NCBI GenBank assembly: GCA_000004985.1
Contig: GG738853.1
Reading direction: 5' to 3' (one strand)
DNA length: 64,000 nucleotides
DNA from: Naegleria gruberi
Taxonomy: Eukaryota
Below, one piece after another: positions 10,605 through 22,800 of the stretch (position 1 is the first letter of the stretch; each line of letters opens with the position of its first letter). Position numbers and translations under genes: made by a program. Under the pieces are notes generated by a model. The model saw nothing but the letters and a program-made list of their open reading frames with translations, did no database searches and was not told the DNA's origin.

Positions 10605-11677
10605 TCAAGATAATAAACATCCACCATCAGATTGGAATACTTTGGTATCTTTTTTGACTACCTTTTCTAATAATTCTCTCCTTTTGGTATATTCAGATCC
10701 ATTGAAAAAGTATCCTTTCTCGATAGTTCTATCGACTACAGTTTCAATATTAATATTTTCCTTACTGCTTGTTTCAAATATTTCATAATCCGAACAATCA
10801 TAACTTGTCAAAATTTCAATAACTTTTCCCTTGACTTGTTGCATATTTAGTGTAGAATCAGATTTCAAACGATCGATCTGACTGATGCAAACAGTTATTG
10901 GAACGGATTCATCATCATTAATATTAACTATTGATCTGATTACTCTATCAAAAACATCGAAATATGTTGTATGGCTATTCACAGCAAACAAAACAATGTA
11001 TCCTCTTGCTCCTTTAAGTTTTGCTAATTAATCCGAAATCAAATCGAAACCAAAGGTCAATTAAATAAATATTTACGCCCTACTAACTAACCTTGATCAT
11101 ATAAATAATAATCATGCCTAAAACCACTATCCCAAATTTCCAATTTCAACTGTCTTTGATTGAAATGAATATTCCTACGAAATGTTTCATCAATTGGATG
11201 ATCATATTCAGCAATAAATCGATCGTACAAGTATCTATAGATGAAGCAATGAATTCCAGAACCACCAGGACCAGTAATGCAAAGCTTGAACTTATTTTCA
11301 TTGGCTTTATGATGTGGCTCCTTTTCTTTCCTTCTCCTTTCAGCTTCATGCAAAATAGCAAACATTCTCTTGTAGGACTTTTTGGATAATTTCTTTATAG
11401 TTTCTTCCTTTTTATGCCAGTGATTCCACTGACAAACTGGACTGACTATTTCCTTTCCATCCTTTATTTCGGAACGTACGTGAATATATGAATACAAGAT
11501 AATTGACCAATACTTTTCCAAAAAAGAACGAAGCATGAATTGTTTGGAAATTAATTCTAAATTACACAAGTTTTTAATGTTGGCTTCCAGTCTCACAGAA
11601 GGTTGTGCAGTATTGATGATGTACTCAACAATGTGATGAAGCAACTCGGGAGGAAGATTGGCAAAGTGTGATGACAT
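10605..11677 (-). CDS. F-box-like N-terminus (LPPELLHHIVEYI...) fused to a Ras-superfamily small GTPase (G1 GPGGSG, G3 WDSG, G5 ETSSK) that ends in a CaaX prenylation box (CLLS). It has two exons with an intron at ~11024-11090 (GTTAGT...TAATTAG).
   Basis: ORFs 11087..11677 and 10605..10991 are in the same orientation, separated by a GT-AG intron that restores the frame. The Ras-like motifs and the terminal C-L-L-S were read from the translation. Confidence 0.7.
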
Positions 11678-11705
11678 TTTTTAAAATGTGATGAATTCAT
11701 CAAAT

Positions 11706-13541
11706 TCACTGTTCCTCCTGTTCTTGCATTGTTCTTTTCCAGTTGCTGATGGTTTCTTGAATAGACTTGTTACTAATTTTCAAACGTTCCACTACATCAA
11801 TCATATTTTGCATGCATTGGAATTTAATTTCATCAAAGAGAGTGTTGGGAATAAGGGAAGGATCGTTAGATTGATTCAATACAAGTTCAATAGATTCATA
11901 ACGTTGTCTAATGTTAGAGATGTTCAATTCGAGTGAGCTTCCTGTTTTGAGATAGGTATTTAGTATTCTAGAGGCAACCTTCGTTTTGTGACGTTTTGGC
12001 ATTATTTTGAATTTTTCAATATCTCTGAATGCAAGAATGTCCTCAGTGCAATAACTTCTTCTTGCAAAATCAAGTATAATAACGAACGTCTTTCTATTCT
12101 TGAGCAGCATTTCAATTTCTGTTTCTGCGTATGAGTGTTGATGTTGCCAATCGTGGTAAATTGAGTATAGAACAGCCATATCTACTGATATGAATATTTC
12201 AATTAAAGAATAAATCAATAAAGTAAAACCGAACGGAATGAAGTAGTCAGTTAAGAATCTCACAATTTCAATTTGTCCACTCACTAGATAAGCTATGGCT
12301 TGGATGATTTGAATGATAATTAGAAGGATTGTTTCTCTCTTAATCAACCAAGTATCTCTATCAGCAAAAAATAGCAAAATAGCAAATGCAATTTCAATAA
12401 TAATGTAAAAAGCAGCCTCTCCAGCAAGTATGAAAATAGTATTACTCGTAGTGACGCATCCTGAATCAAAAGCAAACATGCTTACATTCCAAATGAACAT
12501 TCTCTTTCCACTTGAAGAAAATGATGCTTCATCTGCTCCTCCAAGTATTGCCCAAATAGCAAGATGAATGAAAAACGCAATAATATAAACTATTCCAATA
12601 AACTTGTAGCTCACTAGAAAGGAAAATATTTTGAATTTTCTTTCATCTAGAATTGAGTCTGTGAAATCGTCCTCAGCCGAGGTAATCCAAGTTTGAGAAT
12701 CGTTTTCAGAATCATCTCTTCTCATGTCCTTAATTTCAGCTATAATTGAAGAGTCTTCAGGAGGTGTCAATTCCAAGTTGATAGCTGTTGTATTTTGTTC
12801 GTCCGTAGTTCCTGAGCTTTTTTCATCAAATGAAACTGCTTTCTTATCCACCAAAGAGAGAGAGGAGCCAACAGTTGGTATTGTTGATGTAGATGAGAAT
12901 TTGTGTTTGGGGTCATTAATCTTACTCGATTTTTTAGACTTGTCTCTTGTTGAAGAGTTTGCTTTTTGGTCAAAGACCTTAGACTTTTCCAAATTGAGCT
13001 TGTACATAAAATAAATTCTAATGCACCTAAACACTGTCGGTAGGCAAATTGCAGGTGCAATTACAAAAAAAGAGATGGTATACAAAAAACATGGCATGAG
13101 CTTTCTTCCAATAGCGTATCTCAAACATGTGGTCATTACAAAGAATAAACTTGCAATGATCGTTAGAATCAAGTAAAGGGGATTTCTTGCCTTCACATAG
13201 CTTGAATTTCTCTTCCAAATAACACCAATAATCCCAAAACCAACAAATAGGAGATAGACAAATATGAAAATACCAGAAAATATTGGTGTGAAAATACTAT
13301 CTGGACAAATATTGTTCACCACAGTTGCGTTATATCCCTCTCTACTCAAATCTCCCAATTTAAACAATCTAGGATCGCATATTGAAGAATAACTACTATT
13401 CGTTGAAGAGTTGGTTTCCATAACATCAAGAAACAATAGCAATGAGTCAGAATCATTCTGCAGTGGAAAAGTTACAATGTTGCTCGGTATTAACCTATCA
13501 AAAATCAAAGGGAGTAAAATCTCAATTACTTCCACTAACAT
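11706..13541 (-). CDS. Seven-transmembrane protein with a C-terminal RGS (regulator of G-protein signalling) domain. This GPCR-RGS fusion architecture is as in plant RGS1.
   Basis: The 611-aa ORF has about 7 hydrophobic helices in two clusters. Its C-terminal ~130 aa match the RGS fold pattern (FARRSYCTEDILAFRDIEKFK ... ILNTYLKTGSSLELNISN ... LFDEIKFQCMQNMIDVVERL). The central loop is Ser/Asp-rich. Confidence 0.65.
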   Translation of the reverse strand: MLVEVIEILLPLIFDRLIPSNIVTFPLQNDSDSLLLFLDVMETNSSTNSSYSSICDPRLFKLGDLSREGYNATVVNNICPDSIFTPIFSGIFIFVYLLFVGFGIIGVIWKRNSSYVKARNPLYLILTIIASLFFVMTTCLRYAIGRKLMPCFLYTISFFVIAPAICLPTVFRCIRIYFMYKLNLEKSKVFDQKANSSTRDKSKKSSKINDPKHKFSSTSTIPTVGSSLSLVDKKAVSFDEKSSGTTDEQNTTAINLELTPPEDSSIIAEIKDMRRDDSENDSQTWITSAEDDFTDSILDERKFKIFSFLVSYKFIGIVYIIAFFIHLAIWAILGGADEASFSSSGKRMFIWNVSMFAFDSGCVTTSNTIFILAGEAAFYIIIEIAFAILLFFADRDTWLIKRETILLIIIQIIQAIAYLVSGQIEIVRFLTDYFIPFGFTLLIYSLIEIFISVDMAVLYSIYHDWQHQHSYAETEIEMLLKNRKTFVIILDFARRSYCTEDILAFRDIEKFKIMPKRHKTKVASRILNTYLKTGSSLELNISNIRQRYESIELVLNQSNDPSLIPNTLFDEIKFQCMQNMIDVVERLKISNKSIQETISNWKRTMQEQEEQ

Positions 13542-13835
13542 TTCAGAAGAAAGTGCTGTTGTTGAAGTTGCTTTGTTTTTTAGGAGGTGTTTGGAGGAGT
13601 GGATAAATTAAACAGTCTATTTTATGTTCCTGCTTAGGCCTTAGCTGTTAGGTAGAAAAAAGAAATTGCCTCCAAATCCATCATTTACAAGGACACAAGA
13701 AACAACCAATTTAATCTATTAAAATCATAATTCTTTCCTCTGATGATGTTGCGTCTTCCCGTATTGTTGTAATTTTTTTGCATGAAAATCTACAGTACTC
13801 AAGCAACAGTTATTCAATAAACCAATTATTAAAAA

Positions 13836-16786
13836 ATGAAAAGTTCAACAACAACGAATAAGGCACCAATATCTTCCACAGCATCAAATAGTATTACCAA
13901 GCAATCAACAACTTCTTCCTCAAAGGTTTCATCCGTGGCACACCCCTTAAAGAAAAATTCATCAACTTCATCAACAATAGCAACAAAACCATCATCCACA
14001 ACAACAACATCAGTAAAGAAGCCAATATCATCAACAAAGTATTCCGGAGTTATATCAACAAGTAGTACAACCTCTCAAAAGACGAGAAATATATCACCAA
14101 CAAAAAGAACGACATCAACAAGTTCTGTTTCAAGCAAATTGGGAGCTAAAAAACCAACAGTGGCTGGTAAAACAACAACTGAAAAACAACCATCCACTAC
14201 AGCTAAAATACCACAATTTGAATTAACTGCAGATTGGTTACATTCCCTATTGATGGATATTAATTTGGATCACTCTATTCCATTTACAAATATTAAACAT
14301 CCCAATCATCAATTTCTTAAAAGCAAAGATGAAACATTTATAAAGGACATGGATGACTGTCTTCCATATTCTATTGATGATGGAGAGAGAAAGATGGCTC
14401 CTTGTGACAAGAGTGGAATTCAATTAGATGGCCATTATACTACAGGACATAATGTTCATTTTGTGATGCAATCGGAAAAGTTTAGCTTCTTCTCCTGGAC
14501 ATTAATAATGAGAGCTTATGTTGATGAAAAATCATCTTGTTTGTTTTCATTTGGGCCGTGGTACAGGTAAGTGAAATTACATTGAATCTTTCATTATCCA
14601 ACCCTCACAGATGGTTTGTCCTTAGCCCTACCTACGTTCAACTCAATCAAGGTGACACCTTTTTAGGTAAACTTAATGGTATCAAACTTAACCAATGGAA
14701 TGAAATTTCAATCTCCTTCAATTTCGATCAGGAAAAACAATCATTTGATAACTGTCAAATTGATAAAATCATTAAGGGAAAGAAAGAAATTTTGATGCTG
14801 GTAAATGGTGTGGAAAACATATTTGGACTTCCTTCAGGAGCAACACTTAAAGGGCCTGAAGATGAATTTGGAATGAAACACGAAAAATGCATTGGATTCT
14901 TGAACATGAGTAATGGTGGTTCTTTGAGAGGAACTGTTTCATCAATTATATTACTCAACAGACCATGCTCAACACTTAATGAGCTAAAGGGAATAAGTTC
15001 AACCCTAACGCATCTCCACAACAAGCCAAATGGTCCTCCAATTCTAATGGATCAAATCCCAATGCCAAAAACATTACCAAAAGATTGCATTCAAATTTTG
15101 AAAGGAAATGCTCACTTTCAGTCGATTATTGAAAAGAACCATATGATTATCTTCTTCTTTTTTGAGAGTTTTTCAATGTATCAACGACGTCAATTTGTTT
15201 TTCCTTTCATTAATCATTTTGTGGAGTTTTTTACTCGAGTTGGAAGTGACAGCCCAATCAAGTGTGGGAGGATTGATGTTGGCAATGGAAACTATGATCT
15301 CAGAAACACTTTTAAATTCAAAACTGAAGGCTTTATATTCTACAAGAATGGACACATATTTGGACGTATTGATGTTGATGAAACAACCAAGCTTGATGTT
15401 TTGAAAAAAAAGTTAGACGAATTTGAAAAGTTGGTTGGTGTTGATGAACCTCCAACAAGAGAGAATGTAGAGAGTGATAATAATGAATTTGAAACAAAGC
15501 TAATCAAAAAGGAAGATAACCCTATTAAGAAGATTATTACATCCACAAATCCAATTCCAATCGCAAACAAGACCTCTGATATCATCCTTGAAAAGCCATC
15601 TGAATGGCTTGAGAGCGTTTCAGCTGATATAAATATTAACTATGATATGAGAATTGCAAATCCATCCCATCCAAATCATTCACTCTACACAAAGCATAAT
15701 GTGTTGAGCACTATTGTCGAACAATGCAGGTCAAGTATTGACAAGAATAGATATAAGGAGAAGGCAATTTGTGATCAATGGGGTATTCAATTTGATGGTG
15801 ATCATGAGGGAGGAGATGTGATTGTAGAAATGAAGAGTGCCTACTTTAGCAAAACTGTCTGGAGTCTCTTTATCAGAGTTTATGTGGCGTCTAGTTCAAA
15901 TGTAATATTTGCATTTGGACCATCCTATAGGTATGTAGCTATTCAATAATATATTATATATTATTATTCTCTAAATTTCAAACTCAATAGATGGTTTGTT
16001 CTCACACCAAGCAGTCTTGGTCTCTCAAATCAACAAAATCATTACTCTGTCGAAGGAATCAAATTCGACGATTGGAATGACATTTTCGTTTCATTAAATT
16101 TGGACGTGCCTAAATCTCCAAATGATATCTGTAAACTTAACAATGTCATTAAGAATAAGATGGAAGTTCTTCTTATAATTAATGATAAAAAGAATAGCAT
16201 TCCACTAACTGGTTTCAAATTCTCTGATAGAATTGAACCATTTGATGATAACTCTCTTGGATTCATGAACATGGCAAGTGGTTCCTGTTTACGAGGTGTA
16301 GTTTCATCGCTAGTGATATTGAATAAGCCATGCAAAAACTTGGATGAATTGGAAAAGGTTGGATCGTTCTTCCTGCAAAATCACATGAAATACATGAACG
16401 ATCCAGTCATTGTAGACTATAGGAAAGTGTTTGAGGATAACCCAAAGAAATCAGAGGATCATGGAAACACAATAGACCTCAGCAAGGAAAGTCAATTCGA
16501 TCAAATAATTGCCAAAAATCCTATTGTTGTTGTAGATTACTATGCAACATGGTGTGGGCCTTGTATGATGCTTGCTCCAGCAATGGCTCAATTGTCAATG
16601 GATTACCCTACTGTAAAGATTGTAAAGATTGATGTAGATAAATTTCCAACTTTGGCCCAAAGAGGTAAAGTGAGAGCAATGCCAACAATTGTCTATTACT
16701 ACAAGCAGAAAGAAGTTAAACGACATGAAGGAGGATCAAAAGGAAGTATTGATGCAAGCATTGCTACTCTCTTAGCAAAGAAGTGA
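13836..16786 (+). CDS. Three-exon gene: join(13836..14566, 14611..15930, 15991..16786). It has an S/T-rich N-terminus, two tandem ~400-aa lectin/pentraxin-like repeats (each ending ...FGPxYR|WFVL(S/T)P...) and a C-terminal thioredoxin domain (WCGPC active site).
   Basis: Introns at 14567-14610 (44 nt, GTAAGT...CACAG) and 15931-15990 (60 nt, GTATGT...CAATAG) join ORFs 13836..14570, 14537..15949 and 16100..16786 in frame. Both introns sit at the same position in the duplicated module. The thioredoxin motif reads VVDYYATWCGPCMMLAP. Confidence 0.7.
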
Positions 16787-16860
16787 TGATAGCTTCATGT
16801 TGGATTTTTTATTAGAATGAAAAAATAAAATATTTTCACAAAATTTCACATGTCATCCAA

Positions 16861-19800
16861 TCAAAAAAATAAACTCGTCATCACAACAACCAATGCCAAT
16901 AACAAGAAATTCACAGCAAACAACCTATTGCCACCACCAATTAAACTTGTGTGCTTCTTTGGAGATGTACTCACTGGTGGATTAGTACTTGATTGTGGAG
17001 TTGTCTCTGCAGTCAAATCAACAGCAAATTTAGTTGTATGATCACAGGCACACGTAACAACAGAATTGTCATAATCGATACTTGCTAGTTTACATCCTGA
17101 TGAACTCCACATCAATTTTTGTTCATCATAATATTTACATACAAGTTGTTTTTGCATGGCTGATTTACTAACCAAAACCTTCAATGTGAATTTTAGTTGA
17201 ATTGGTTTTGTAAGATTGGTTAATGCTAGAGCTTGTCCAGAACTGTAAAACTTGAGGTCCACCTGGTCAGAAACAAGATTTGTCATAGCTCTACGTCTTG
17301 ATGATGTCTTGTAGGAATATTTAACAAGACTGATGGCTGCCATTGATGAAGAATCCTTATAAATGGAAGAAATGTCAGTGGAAATGTCATCATAGACAAA
17401 GGTTGTTCCTCCTGATGATTTTAACACACTTGATATGTTAAATGATGAAACAGAAATGTTAAAAGATGAAGATTGAATATGGAGACTTGTCAAAGCTGAT
17501 GTGTTGGTTTCCACTGGATTGATGCTCATTACAAGGACAGAAGCAATGTTAGAAATTAAACTTTCGGCCTTACTTTCTGAACCATATTCATAAATATTAG
17601 AAATGATACTGACAGTAGATTGTGTTTCTTCAGTGGAAAGTTTGACTTGGGTTGAACCATTTTGTAACTTTTGGGACATGTCTGTGAGGAATGAGTCAAG
17701 CTTGGTAGAGACACTTTCCAGAGCTGTCTTGTCAACAGTTGGTGATGAAGTAACAGTTTCAAATATCTTTAAAACTTGTTGAGAATTATTGGTGTCAATG
17801 GAAAGAGTATTCACTAATTGTGTACTAACAAGTGATGAACTTGATTCATCGTAGAAGGCAACAATCTTTTCTTCACTTGACAATGAGCTGATTCTTGTAG
17901 AAAGCTCTTGACTTGTACCAGAGAATGCACTAATAATAACACTTCCACCTCTCAGCGTGTTGACATTTCCAGTGGAATCTTTTACAAACATCACTAATGG
18001 AATTGAGGATTGCTTGGTGAAGGGCAGTATTGTAGTGGCGTTTGGATACTGAGAATATTTTGTCAAGACAATATTTTCGTCCTTACTATTCACAAATCCG
18101 AATGCATATTGAAGTGGTGATATCTTTGAAGAGGCCAACCATGGTTTAGAGGAGAGTGTAAATGTTTGTGTGAGAGCAAAGCCGCTTGTTGGACTAATTG
18201 TGAAATTATTCTCAGATGCGTACGCTTTCGTCTGACCTTCCAGATAGAAACTACAATCCTCATTTGTATAACCACTATCACATTGACAATTGTTTTGATT
18301 TACACAAATTCCATTACCTGAACAAGATTTCGTCGAGTTGTACACAATTCCAAAACAAGAATGATCAGTGACTCTAGTTATTGGTCCTCTGGTTTCTACA
18401 ATAAGTTCTTGAATAGCTCTAAAACGATGTGCTTCAGAAACATCTTGATATTGATATTCCAACAAATGCCAAGAACCATATTTTGAAGGGAAGCCAACAT
18501 TTGCATAGTGACAATTTTCAACCAAGCTCAAATTAGCATACATTCTGTAGTACTTTTTGTAAATATCATACATTTTGATATCTCTATTCATGGCAATATA
18601 CTTATCTGTGGCTCCTGAGGTTTCATATCCACTGGCAATGGCCGAATATTCAGCTACAGAACTACCACTTTCATACATTCCTAGTGTAATATTATAGGAT
18701 TTTGCAACTTGAAGCTGCTGTTCAAGCATTGATTTAGTGGAAGCAAATTCATCATCACACTTTTTGAAAAGTGTATTCAAATCGGAAATGGCAACCAAAG
18801 TTCCTGAAGATTCCAAGCCACATCCGAAATAACCTGTCACTGTTAGCATAATATTGGAATGAGATTTGTAAAGATCTTGATAAGATAATATTCTAGTAGA
18901 AGTTATCGGCATAAGAGTAAAGGAAGCTGCAACAAGAGTCAATCTATTGCTTTCACTACCGAATACACTCTTCCAAATAGTAATAATTTCTTTAGAACGT
19001 TTTGAATAGAACAAGTTTCTTGCTGCCAAGGAGTCTTTAGATAATCCCAATAATTTTCCTTGCTCTTCACAATATTTACCACTATCAAAGAGTGTATTCC
19101 ATGCTTCGTTGGTGTATTCAAGATAAATTTGTACATCATTTCTCAGAGTTTGTTTAGCTAGGAGGGCAAATTGTCTGATATATTCATCGTTGGCACCATA
19201 AGGAATTGTAAACCACGGATTAGCTTTGAGAATATTACATAATTGAATCATGTATTCGTGAGCAACACCTCTTCCCATTGGTAAAGTAGATGGTGTAATT
19301 CTATCTTCCCATGTAATAATTCCTTTTTCCATAGTCCATGGCATGAATCTAATGGTCTTGAAATTTTCCAATCTCTTTAAAAAGAGTGGATGGAATGGAT
19401 TATCTTGATAGGTATTTTCAAAACCATCCATTACAATTCTTATATTTCTGATAGGATTATTTGGATTGGTTTCTTTAATTTTCATAAAGACACCATTGTC
19501 ACGAACAAGGGAAAGTGTGACTTTAATTTTCATATATCCTTTCTGGTTATTCTCAATAATTGTAGAATCGAATCCAAAGTCTAATTGACCATTTCCTTCA
19601 TAGAAAACATGGTAGATTCCTCCTGGCCATTTCTGTTGGATATCTCTCAACATTAGAGTTACTAATTGCTTTCCTTGTGCAATACTAGCTGGATAGCCAT
19701 CTGATCTTAGTTTGATTTCATTATTATAACTCCAAATATATATGCTATTCATTCCTTCCAAATCTTGGAGAATCCAAGCCCTGGCTTGTTTCATCAAATC

Positions 19801-22800
19801 AACAAAGGTCCATTGAGGAGAATAATCTACAACGCTATTCACATTCACACCAAGTTTTGATCCATCATTTGGTGAATTTGCCTTGATGGTACAGCTACTT
19901 CGTGAGTCCATTCTATATCCACTATGACATGCACAAGTACTGTTAAGGCAAATACCATTTGCACATCCCAGAGAAGGACACTTCAAACAGGCTCTACTTG
20001 TTGGATATTTCTTACAATCGATTTCACATTTTCCATTCACAAATGAGTAGCCGTAATCACAGACACAGTTTGTGGAATTGGTAGCACAATAACCAACTCC
20101 ATTACAATTACAATCAATGGAACAATCACTTCCTGTAAAACCTCTATAACAACTACACTTGTTATAATCAATACAGTTTCCATTATAGTTACATTTTGAA
20201 TCACAAGTAAATAAGGTGCATCCATAGCCGTAATATCCAGTTTGGCAGTGACATGTATAGACTGCATAAAATCCTTCTGTATGATTGAAAAGACAATTAC
20301 CTTTTCCTCCACATTGATATGTGCATCTGTAACTGTTAATATAATTGATTATCTCACAATTGGTTCCATTGTAGCCAAAGAAACAGTGGCAAGAGTCTCT
20401 GGAATCTGACAAGGCATTTGCAGCACAAACACCATGATTATTGCAGTTATCTTTACAAGTGGATGGCTTTTCATTCCAATTACAAACACTCATTGAATCT
20501 ATATAGTTTTGATAGGCAACATATTTTGGAGAAGATGAGGATGATAAGTCAGAATCTGATGATTCAATCAATCCCCAACATCCGTACTTGGAAAAGACAG
20601 ATGTGGATGTAAAATGATTGTAGGCACTTAGTTTAACTCCTGGTGCAATATTAGTTATGTTGGAGAGGTAGTATGTAAGGGCTTGTTTCATTCTTGGGTC
20701 TCTGTGAATGGTCATTGATAAATCTGTCAATTCTGTATTACCAGTATCAGTCAAAGATGAAAAATCTGGTCCACCTTCATAGAAAGCAAGTTCCATTCCA
20801 GGAGAGGATTGATTTACAATCTTGTATGTGCTTAAAAGAGCATTTCTGGAACTTGCAATGGCTGTATGAATAATAGATCCATAGAATTCCTCAAGACTGA
20901 CCAGGGAATTATCTGCCTTCTTCAAACTATCGCTCATATATGGAGCAATGGCCACAACATTGAAAGATTGATAGTAATTTCCTTCGCACAAGTAGAAAAT
21001 CTCCAAAGGGCCAGTCCAAGCTGCTTGAGCAGCAAATACCAATTTGATTCTCCTGTGATGTGATGCTCCAAACACTCCTCTGATAATATCTGCATATCTC
21101 TTGGCAGTCTTGATGTGATAACAGATTCTAGCAACTTCATAAGAACTGTAATAGTTTTGAAGTTTGGTCAATTTCATTCCTTCAATAACTCCCATTTGTT
21201 GAGCGTAACTTCCACAAGCACCTGAGGCCCAACATTCATTGCCAATTTCAATGTAGGCAGTAACATCTGGTCTGAGATAATCTCTCACATAGGTTGCCCA
21301 ATTTTCAATATATCTATCAGTGGCTCTGTGAGGTAAATTGAACCATGGATTATTTCCAAGCATATTACACAAGAGCACTTGCATTTCCATACTTACTCCT
21401 GTTTTTAGTCTGAAGGTGTAATAGGAATTGAGAGTTCTATTCTCCCAATCATAGTCTTTATCGACACCAATATTAGACCAAGGCATAAATCTAATAATTT
21501 GGTACTTTTTCAATTGTTCCAAAAAGAGAGGATGGAATGGGAAATCTTCATAGGTTTGCTCATATTTAGCCTCAAATATTCTCACATTTCTGATGGGATT
21601 CAATGGATTGGTTCTCAAAATCTTGTAAAAGACACCATTATTCATTTCAGTCTTGTGATTGTATTGGAGTTCAATTCTACCTGCATCTCTTCTCAATATT
21701 TTCTGATCTTCAAACTGGAATTCTAAAACGCCATCACCATCATAGAGGCAAATATACTTTCCATTTGGGAAGTGAGCTGCCACATCACGAACTGCAAAAG
21801 TTGCTACATTTTTAGTTATCTCCAAATATTGAGGATATCCATTTTCATCCAGTGGTACACTTTCTTGGTCATCCTCTGCCCATCCAGTACCATAGACAAA
21901 TTTCTGGACAATCCACTTTCTGGCTCTTCTTTGAATATCTATGAAAGTTACTTCTCGAGACCAATCTGCCAAACCATCAATATTGACGCCAAATTTGGTT
22001 GTATTGGAGGCACAATCTTGATATTTTGGAACTGTTATGTTACAATTTGCTCCAGAAAAACCATCAAAGCAGTGGCATGATCCATTATGGCAAACACCAT
22101 ACTTACAATCAGTACATGGTAAACGAATAGGTTTTGGAATATCGTCTGATGTGAATGGAAGACTACCATTTCCTCCTTCCAACCAAGTAAGCACAGCTCG
22201 GTATTTTGGTACAGTTTGTGGATCCTGTAGAAGACTTTCCATCACTGCTTGATAGCCACATCTACCACCTCCTCCCAAGCATCTATCTATCTTTTCCACA
22301 ATATTATTCAGAATCATTAATCCACCTCCCATTCTATGCCAACGTTTCATTACATCAACAACCATATCCTCAACAATTGGTTGTCTGAGAGCCTCAATGG
22401 AAATATCCTCTAGTCTTTGTTCCAATGGTGCTAGATCTGTCTTTTTCCATCTATTTGCCCAACCAGGTGCATGAATTCTCAAGCCTGCATCGTATAGTAT
22501 TAATGGAATTTTCAATTTGAAAGCAACTCTATTTAACAAATAGATCCAATCTATTTCGTCCTTGTAAATTTCTTGTCTGAGTAAATTGAGAACATCATCT
22601 ACTGTGTAATTGACTGAAAGGTTGACATCATAACCATTTCCATAATACTCTATACCAGTACCAACATTTCCACTCACTGCAAAAGCATCAAATAAGCTCA
22701 AGTCATCACTTGAATAGAGTGATAATACACTGTCGTAATAGGCAGGTATCATTGTAGAGAGGATATACTTGCATCGAGTATCATTCAGACCGAATACTGC

